Positions 57,809-64,000 of a stretch of 64,000 bases of DNA are shown in pieces. The notes beneath the pieces are model-generated. The model saw only the letters and a list, made by a program, of their open reading frames with translations. It was not told where the DNA came from and made no database searches. Position 1 is the stretch's first letter; each line of letters opens with the position of its first letter. The DNA is from an uncultured Gammaproteobacteria bacterium. GTDB taxonomy: Bacteria > Patescibacteriota > Microgenomatia > Levybacterales > UBA12049. The translations under genes were made by a program, and so were the position numbers. Where the stretch lies: assembly GCA_964610465.1 (NCBI GenBank), contig CAZSWA010000002.1, forward strand, positions 13,423-77,422, given 5' to 3'.

Positions 57809-58054
57809 TTAGTCGTGTGCTACAAATGGCAATAATGCAAGATGGCGGCCATATTTTACTGCGAGGGTGAGTTGTTTTTGATGATGACTGCAGAGACCAT
57901 TTACTTGCCTGTTTACAATCTTGCCTCTATCGGTAACAAACCTTTGCAAAACTGAAATATCAGCATAGTTTGGCTGTGATTTCTCAGTGCAGAAAAAGCA
58001 CGTCTTTGGCGCTACTGTTTTTTTTCTTTTTATAACTTTTCTTTCTTTTGCCAT
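57809..58054 (-). CDS. rpsR: Ribosomal protein S18
   Basis: CFFC..D.L..F....GKI..R..GL conserved core. Confidence 0.9.
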   Translation of the reverse strand: MAKERKVIKRKKTVAPKTCFFCTEKSQPNYADISVLQRFVTDRGKIVNRQVNGLCSHHQKQLTLAVKYGRHLALLPFVAHD

Positions 58055-58065
58055 ATAATTACTTT

Positions 58066-58554
58066 CTAAAAAGGTATATCATCAGGAGCTACTTCTTCCC
58101 CTCCTGTACTCGCTGGTTCTTCGTGTGTTTCTTCTTTTTCTTCCTTTGCAGGTGCTTTGGCTTTTGGTTTGGCAGGTTCACTTGCTCTTTCTGTACCATT
58201 GGCAGCTGCAGTTCCTTGGTTTTTGTTATCAAGAAGTATCATATCATCAATCACAACTTCTGTAAGTGATTTTTGTTGTCCATCCTGTGCTGTCCAACTT
58301 CTGGTAGAAAGTCTTCCTTCTACATATACTTTTCTGCCTTTTACCAAAAACTGACTGCAAAGCTCTGCTAATTTATTCCAGGCAACAATTCTATGAAACT
58401 CTGTATCTTCCTTTTTCTCTCCGGAATCAGTTGTCCAGGAACGGTTGGTTGCCAAACCAAATGTACAGACCGCAGTACCACTTGGCGTATATCTAAGCTC
58501 TGGGTCTCTTGTCAAATTTCCTATCAACTGTACTCTGTTTAAACTTCGTGCCAT
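58066..58554 (-). CDS. ssb: Single-stranded DNA-binding protein
   Basis: OB-fold N-domain, Gly/Pro-rich tail and C-terminal DDIPF. Confidence 0.9.
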   Translation of the reverse strand: MARSLNRVQLIGNLTRDPELRYTPSGTAVCTFGLATNRSWTTDSGEKKEDTEFHRIVAWNKLAELCSQFLVKGRKVYVEGRLSTRSWTAQDGQQKSLTEVVIDDMILLDNKNQGTAAANGTERASEPAKPKAKAPAKEEKEETHEEPASTGGEEVAPDDIPF

Positions 58555-58559
58555 ACCTT

Positions 58560-58838
58560 TTACTTCGTCCTCAAAAGCAAATGCCGTAATACTTTTTCAT
58601 TTCTATGTAATTTTTGTTCAACATCAGATGGGATAACCTTTTCTGTTTCCAATTTCATAAGGTGATAAAATCCGGCAAGCTCTTTTTTAATAGAGTACGC
58701 AAGCGGTTTTTGTCCCCACTCTTCTTCTTTGGTAATTTTTATATCTTTAAGCGATTCTTTGACACTTGTCAAAAGCTTTTTTCGCTCAATTTCAGACAGT
58801 GAAGGCTTAAGAACCAAAACTAAATCATATAAACGCAT
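58560..58838 (-). CDS. rpsF: Ribosomal protein S6
   Basis: MRLYDLVLVL N-terminus. Conserved rpsF-ssb-rpsR order. Confidence 0.9.
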   Translation of the reverse strand: MRLYDLVLVLKPSLSEIERKKLLTSVKESLKDIKITKEEEWGQKPLAYSIKKELAGFYHLMKLETEKVIPSDVEQKLHRNEKVLRHLLLRTK

Positions 58839-58914
58839 AGTAGTATCGTATAATTGTACTCAAATCTGCCTCAAAAAGCAAGAGATATATTATTTTTAAG
58901 CTGTGAACAAAAAA

Positions 58915-59355
58915 AATGTAAGCCTTTTTCCCACGAAAAAACCCCTGGAACTTCAAATGCGCTTATACAAGCATTGCGGTGACGCCATTGTCACCGCCGT
59001 GTACAAATCGCATCCCTGCGAAATTCCAAGGGAGCACGCCATTGTGCCCCCAATAATCATGATGGGGTTAATCCCACCAGTTCCTTCGATAGTCTTTCGA
59101 TGGACCCGTAGGTCCTGTATGAAGAATCCACGGCATTCTGTCTCGCCAATCTGGCTGCCTCCATGCATGTTTTATGCAGAAAAAGAATCCTTTCGCTACT
59201 AGACTAACTGCCATGAAGACTACAGGTACAACTGCCCCTTGCATGCCGCGTTCCTTTCGTTTCTGGCGGGACGGTTCGCAGCACCTTACTGCAAATCCAT
59301 CTTTGCCAGACCAAGTCTCGATTGAAGCGGGATTTGGTCTGGCAAGCCAGAAAAG
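58915..59355. ncRNA. GC-rich (~50%) ~440-nt island with no coherent ORF and many nested inverted repeats. Candidate structured RNA gene; class unresolved, strand unknown.
   Basis: Four overlapping 60-100 aa ORFs in different frames. Stems GCCAGACCAA..TTGGTCTGGC, GCCGTG..CACGGC and others. Shares TTCCT(T/C)CGATAGT(C/T)TTTC with the 53141-53230 element. Confidence 0.35.
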
Positions 59356-59450
59356 GTTTATATTGGGGTACACATGTAAAAGTGCTTATCTAAACAATAC
59401 CAGAAAACACAGCAAAAGTCAATATTATAGGTCTTTATTTTAACCTTAGA

Positions 59451-61397
59451 CTACGGTTTTTCTTTGTAGGTTTTTATAAATGATATTGCACTCTTACTCT
59501 CTAAACCTGCTTTTTTTGTTGCTTCCTCAAGTGGCATAAGCATTCTCTCAAGAATTTCAGGATGTTTTATCAAGGATATTTTTTTGTACGACTCTCGCGC
59601 TTTGGTAATATGATAATGTATGATGTCACACACTTCATTGATAATGTTATACCAAAATATTTCCTGAAGTTTGGGTAATGCAATATCAATTGCACCTGTT
59701 TTATTTTTTGTCTTTGATGCTCTGTATTGTGTGAGAATAAGTGCATTTACAGGATTTATATGTCCTTTTTTCAAGTCACTTTCCCAATCATGTGCATCAT
59801 CATTGAGTTGCCGTGCTATCAAGTAATGTCTAAAAAACGAAAGTAAGTTTTGAATTTCTGAAGAATCTTTTGTATAACCTAACGCAAAAAGTATTGCCAA
59901 AGGTCCCAATGCATGACCTATGGATTTATCAACAAGTATCGTGTAATTACTAAAGTCAGGTAACGGGTATTTCAAGATATCATCTTTCTCTTTTATTCTG
60001 CAATGGATAATTTCCCAACTATTGGCTGCATCTATCGTATCCATGCTGGTTTGAAAAAGCGTAAGAAACTCATTGTTTTTAGGAAGAATCGTGATGAAAA
60101 TTCTTGTCACCTCACGAAGTGAAATATTTGCAATTGATAATGTTCTTATGTCTCCTTCTTCATCCAAAAAATTATCATATATAGTATAGGCAAGCCAGCC
60201 AAATACGTTGGCACATCCTAGTTCAATAAGAAATACTTCATGTATTTTTTTTCCTTTATCTCCCAGACTCTGATTAAAATAATATGGCAAAAGAGGAATT
60301 TGTTTTCCTTTCTCTCCTTCCAATATATCTTTGAGCTGCAGTTTCATTTCTTCTTTTATACTTATATCAAATGGCTTAAATGTCTCTTCAACCTTTGTAA
60401 TAACTTTTTTATAGATTTTAATCTGTTGTTGAGACATATTTTCCTGTTTCCTGTTTTTCTTCTGGAGCGTTGTATATTTGTAGAGTGCTTCAAGACAAAA
60501 CGCAGTAGTCATTGCGTATGATCCAGAATAATACGGCACTCCATCTTTACTTGGGTCCAAATAAAATGGACAAGCATCCCAACTCCCATCCTTTTTTTGT
60601 TTTTTTAAAAGATATGAGAGGCAGTCTTCCAAACCTTCCAGCGGAACATCAAGATTGATAAGTGCCAACAGTGCAAGTGCAGTATATAAAGGATTTTCCC
60701 ACATGTTGTTTTTATCTTTTTCTTTTAAGAGCATCGTCTTTAATTTCTCTCTATATCTCCCTTTATAAAGTCTGGAAATGAAATAAATAATTGGATAAAA
60801 AGACGGATAATAGGGAGATTTGATATTCCCACTTTTAATTTTAGATTCTATAAACGTTACAAGATTTGGTAACTCTATTGCAAAAAGAGAAAGAAAGTAC
60901 GCGATATTGCTATTGACTGCCAAATCAACATCCTGCCATTTTCCGTCATCCTTATTAACCAGCCAAGTGCGGTATGGTCCTCCTTCTTTTTCTTCAACTG
61001 AAGTTAATACCATTACAATTTTTGCGAGGACCTCTCCATCAATTATCTTGTTATCAATATGTAATAATGCAGCGACTGCACAAAATGTATCATCTAAATC
61101 ATCAGGATATCGCATATCTAACGATTCTTTTGATCCTCTTGCCCAATAATTAAAAGACCAGTGTTTGCTTTTTTGTTTTAATAAGAATTTTGCAGCTCTA
61201 GATTTTATTGTATCTGCAGGTATGTCTTTTAAGGCAAGAAGGATAAGAGATGTCGTAAAAGTCGTATGATACGTAAGAGCACTTTTAAAATTGAAAGGGT
61301 CAGGTGATGAAAGACTAAGAAAACCTCCGTCTTTTTGTTGTTGTGATAAGATATAGCTTATTCCTCTTTCAAGTACTTTCTTGAAATCAGACACCAT
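59451..61397 (-). CDS. Large protein with an N-terminal class II terpene-cyclase-like (squalene-hopene-cyclase-type alpha/alpha toroid) domain and a C-terminal helical domain bearing acidic motifs
   Basis: QW-type repeats QQKDGGF and QKKDGSWD. DxDDT motif in PDDLDDTFCAVAAL. C-terminal YDNFLDEEGD and LNDDAHDWESD, similar to the DDxxD and NSE/DTE motifs of class I terpene synthases. Confidence 0.45.
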   Translation of the reverse strand: MVSDFKKVLERGISYILSQQQKDGGFLSLSSPDPFNFKSALTYHTTFTTSLILLALKDIPADTIKSRAAKFLLKQKSKHWSFNYWARGSKESLDMRYPDDLDDTFCAVAALLHIDNKIIDGEVLAKIVMVLTSVEEKEGGPYRTWLVNKDDGKWQDVDLAVNSNIAYFLSLFAIELPNLVTFIESKIKSGNIKSPYYPSFYPIIYFISRLYKGRYREKLKTMLLKEKDKNNMWENPLYTALALLALINLDVPLEGLEDCLSYLLKKQKKDGSWDACPFYLDPSKDGVPYYSGSYAMTTAFCLEALYKYTTLQKKNRKQENMSQQQIKIYKKVITKVEETFKPFDISIKEEMKLQLKDILEGEKGKQIPLLPYYFNQSLGDKGKKIHEVFLIELGCANVFGWLAYTIYDNFLDEEGDIRTLSIANISLREVTRIFITILPKNNEFLTLFQTSMDTIDAANSWEIIHCRIKEKDDILKYPLPDFSNYTILVDKSIGHALGPLAILFALGYTKDSSEIQNLLSFFRHYLIARQLNDDAHDWESDLKKGHINPVNALILTQYRASKTKNKTGAIDIALPKLQEIFWYNIINEVCDIIHYHITKARESYKKISLIKHPEILERMLMPLEEATKKAGLESKSAISFIKTYKEKP

Positions 61398-61434
61398 TAC
61401 TTAATACTAAAAAGGAACTCCTGTAAAATCAAGA

Positions 61435-62847
61435 CTACTTCCCTTTTCTCAAAGGAATGAGTATGGTAAAAAGCGTTCCGTTTTCTTTTCCTGTTTCTAC
61501 ATTGATTGTTCCGTTAAATTCCTTATCAATAATATATTTACAAATAGAAAGACCAATACCTGTATTACTGTCAAAACTTTTTGTCGTAAAGAATGGCTCA
61601 AAAATTTTATCAAGATATTTTTTTTCAATACCTTCACCATAATCCTGAACCGTTAATTGTATTGTATATTTCAGTTTTTGTGCAGTAATTTCAATTTTCT
61701 TTTCTTTTTTCCTTTTCAAATGTTCGTATGAATCAATAGCGTTTGAGATAAGATTCGTGATAACTTGATTAAACTTTAATTGATTTCCATAGAGTGTAAT
61801 AGAAGACGTTTTGTCGAGATGTATCTGGATATTTTCTTCTTTTGCTTTATAATGAAACATATCAATCACATCCTGAATTTCATCTGTTACTGAAAATCGC
61901 TTTCTTAGTTCGTGACTTTGCATTTGTTTCCTTGCAGTTTTCACAAAGTCCTCAAGCTTTTTAAGTCCTATTGTTGCACGATGCAGTAACACTTTTCTTT
62001 CATCCAATTGATTTCCTGATATTTCTTCAGCTTGCGAAGACAGTTGATTTAAATTAAGAGAGACTAAGTTGAGGGGATTTGCCAAATCATGAAAAAGTCC
62101 TGATGCAAGTCGACCAAACTCTACAAAACGGTAGAGTTGTGCAATCTTTTCCGCTTGCAATTGTTTTAATTCTTGAGTACGTTTTTCAACGGTAACTTCG
62201 AGTAAATCTCTTTGTTTTTTGAGCGCTGCTTCCGAAACTCTGGCTCTTTTCAATGCTTTCTCACCTTCAATATTGAAGAGCCAGGAAATAAGGGCAATAA
62301 TAAGCAATGTAATATATCTCACTATTGTGTCTGCCAAATTATATGCTTGCTTTTTCCAATATAAATCGGGTCTGTATATATGATTGATTTGCAAATATGA
62401 GATTGTAATAAAGGTAACTCCTGTAAGAGCTGTAGCGGTGAATATCGATTTTGTATCAATCAATATTCCTGACATAACAATAATAAGCGCATACAGGAGA
62501 AGAACCTGAGGTACGTCTGCTCCCCATCGTGCAGAAGTATAGAAAGTAGTCAAAAATAAAAAGGCGATAAAAATTGTTGCGGCTATTTTTGATTTTTTAA
62601 GTCTGGATAATATTAGGAGGATACAAAAAAATGAAAAAAATGCAAAGGTAAACACTGGTAGTAACCCATGATAAGGTGTTGAAGTAAAATAGAAAAACAA
62701 ATTTTGTCCGAAAGCGACAAATGTCAAAATAATGATGGAAACCAGCAAAATATTAAGGATAAATTCTCGACGGGCAGTATCTTTATCTTTTGAACGGGGC
62801 AGAATAATATAATGTAATAAAAAAGTAGACGTTGTTTTAAAGAACAT
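61435..62847 (-). CDS. Sensor histidine kinase with a multi-TM N-terminal sensor domain
   Basis: H-box LFHDLANPL, N-box NLISNAIDS and G-boxes DYGEGI and GIGLSI. Confidence 0.85.
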   Translation of the reverse strand: MFFKTTSTFLLHYIILPRSKDKDTARREFILNILLVSIIILTFVAFGQNLFFYFTSTPYHGLLPVFTFAFFSFFCILLILSRLKKSKIAATIFIAFLFLTTFYTSARWGADVPQVLLLYALIIVMSGILIDTKSIFTATALTGVTFITISYLQINHIYRPDLYWKKQAYNLADTIVRYITLLIIALISWLFNIEGEKALKRARVSEAALKKQRDLLEVTVEKRTQELKQLQAEKIAQLYRFVEFGRLASGLFHDLANPLNLVSLNLNQLSSQAEEISGNQLDERKVLLHRATIGLKKLEDFVKTARKQMQSHELRKRFSVTDEIQDVIDMFHYKAKEENIQIHLDKTSSITLYGNQLKFNQVITNLISNAIDSYEHLKRKKEKKIEITAQKLKYTIQLTVQDYGEGIEKKYLDKIFEPFFTTKSFDSNTGIGLSICKYIIDKEFNGTINVETGKENGTLFTILIPLRKGK

Positions 62848-63081
62848 TGCAAAATCAATAATGTTGAGCTATTATACTATTCCTAAGGAAAGCACACAAT
62901 AAAGGTTATTTTATCGTGTGCTCTCTAAGTCTAAAACTCACTTGACCTATACATTACCCCATGGATCAAGCGCGTTTGTTTTTGAAGTAAGGAGTGCTTT
63001 TACACTCTTTTTACTTCTTGCAGATTTATTTACAAGAAGTGCCTTCATTATTTCACTCATTTATATCACCCCCTTTCCTCT

Positions 63082-63753
63082 CTATCTAGTCGCTAGCTTA
63101 TATCCAAATCCATGAGCTGTCTTTATAAGTTTTTTATGAAATGGCTTATCTATTTTTTCCCGCAGATTTCTGATATGCACATCTATAAAATTAGTTGCAG
63201 CTTCTACGTCACTGTCCCATACATGATCTAAAATCATTTCACGGGTGACTACCTGTCCTTTGTTCCTCATGAGATATTCAAGTATATAAAGTTCTTTTTT
63301 CCGAATAGGAATTACCTTGTTATTTCTTTTGACAACTTTTGTACTTAAATCAAGTGTCAAATCACCAACTGATAAGATATTTGAAGGCAAAGTAGATAGT
63401 GAACGACGGCTAAGTGCATTGATTCGCGCAATAAGTTCTTCCATTGCAAAAGGTTTGATAAGATAATCATCAGCACCTGAATCAAGCGCTTGTACTTTTC
63501 TTCGTATTTCCGATTGTCCAGTCAGCATAAGAATAGGAGTTGATAGTCCTTCCTTCCGAATTTTTCGGCATATATCAATCCCATTGGCATCAGAAAGAAT
63601 CATATCTATGACAATGACATCATATATTTCATTTTGCATTTTCTTCTCGCTTTCTTTTGCACTTAATGCAATATCAACTAGAAAATGTTTAGAAAGTCCA
63701 TCTCGTATAGTAAATGCGGTAACTTTATCATCTTCTATAACAAGTAGTTTCAT
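63082..63753 (-). CDS. OmpR-family response regulator
   Basis: Receiver domain with DMILSD phospho-acceptor context, and a winged-helix trans_reg_C domain. Confidence 0.9.
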   Translation of the reverse strand: MKLLVIEDDKVTAFTIRDGLSKHFLVDIALSAKESEKKMQNEIYDVIVIDMILSDANGIDICRKIRKEGLSTPILMLTGQSEIRRKVQALDSGADDYLIKPFAMEELIARINALSRRSLSTLPSNILSVGDLTLDLSTKVVKRNNKVIPIRKKELYILEYLMRNKGQVVTREMILDHVWDSDVEAATNFIDVHIRNLREKIDKPFHKKLIKTAHGFGYKLATR

Positions 63754-63869
63754 AATGAAAGATTATTAAATATTTATTAAAATTTCATGAAATTTTTGTG
63801 GGTTACTCATATTCTATCATTTGCTAAGAGGCTAAAATAAAAAAACAAAGTGATAGAAGACACAAAGAG

Positions 63870-64000
63870 CTAGGATCCTATTTTGAATTCTATAACATCA
63901 CCGTCTTCTACCACGTAATCTCTTCCCTCTTGTCTTGCTTTCCCAAGTTCCCGTGCTTTTTTTATTCCTCCTGCTGCAACATATTCATCATATGAGACAA
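63870..64000 (-). CDS. ychF: Ribosome-binding ATPase YchF/Ola1, C-terminal (TGS) end; the 5' part lies outside the window
   Basis: The translated C-terminus ..RQEGRDYVVEDGDVIEFKIGS is the conserved YchF C-terminal signature. Confidence 0.7.
   Translation of the reverse strand, partial: VSYDEYVAAGGIKKARELGKARQEGRDYVVEDGDVIEFKIGS

Noticed and set aside
58915-59355. Assignment of the GC-rich island to RNase P RNA, tmRNA or 4.5S RNA
   Set aside because: Canonical P4/CR-I/CR-V motifs, the tmRNA acceptor/T-arm and ALAA tag, and the SRP domain IV motif could not be found by eye on either strand. Left as an unclassified ncRNA candidate pending cmscan.
58903-59443. Four 60-100 aa ORFs in the GC-rich island (58903..59202 +, 58953..59168 -, 59068..59373 -, 59174..59443 +)
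   Set aside because: Mutually overlapping in different frames and strands, with low-complexity or Cys/Trp/Arg-rich translations typical of GC-rich non-coding sequence. Treated as an ncRNA candidate instead.
1-64000. CRISPR arrays, IS/transposase genes, rRNA operons
   Set aside because: No regularly spaced direct repeats, no transposase-like ORFs and no rRNA-like conserved stretches were seen.
1-64000. UGA/UAG stop-codon reassignment (Gracilibacteria/SR1-type code 25)
   Set aside because: All conserved proteins (CarB 1129 aa, PrkA, HtrA and others) translate uninterrupted with the standard code. The only in-frame stop of note is the TAA upstream of pyrD.

Overview
This 64-kb window is an AT-rich (roughly one-third GC) bacterial chromosomal segment read in the standard genetic code. 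Gene content and style fit a small-genome, Gram-positive-type or CPR/Patescibacteria-like organism: a sortase with an LPXTG substrate, many short intergenic regions, and several near-leaderless promoters. The core is housekeeping. It holds a complete pyrimidine de novo operon (pyrB-carA-carB-pyrC-pyrD-pyrF-pyrE), hisS, efp, pepA, pepP, ddl, maf, dnaB, rpsF-ssb-rpsR, rpmE, prfA, a split transketolase, a glycerate kinase, a trehalase, a XerC/D-type recombinase, tRNA-Leu(CAA), two histidine-kinase/response-regulator modules, and a cell-envelope protease/chaperone operon (ctpA, htrA, a SurA_N-like protein). Several signals are not explained by ordinary annotation. (1) A family of short GC-rich palindromic elements sits in-frame inside carB and pepP, with a related copy in the rpmE-prfA spacer. 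(2) A roughly 440-nt GC-rich ORF-free island lies next to rpsF and is a candidate structured RNA gene. (3) A second GC-rich structured patch that sequesters a Shine-Dalgarno sequence precedes a tiny His-rich membrane protein. (4) Two homologous ~100-nt leader repeats, each ending in an intrinsic terminator immediately before a start codon, sit inside a PrkA-family kinase gene cluster. (5) A 930-nt AT-rich ORF-free tract carries a perfect DnaA box and TTTCACA-type palindromes. (6) A large protein combines a class II terpene-cyclase-like domain (DxDDT, QxxDGG repeats) with an acidic-motif C-terminal domain. Start coordinates of several CDS were adjusted from the ORF track using conserved N-termini and gene overlaps.
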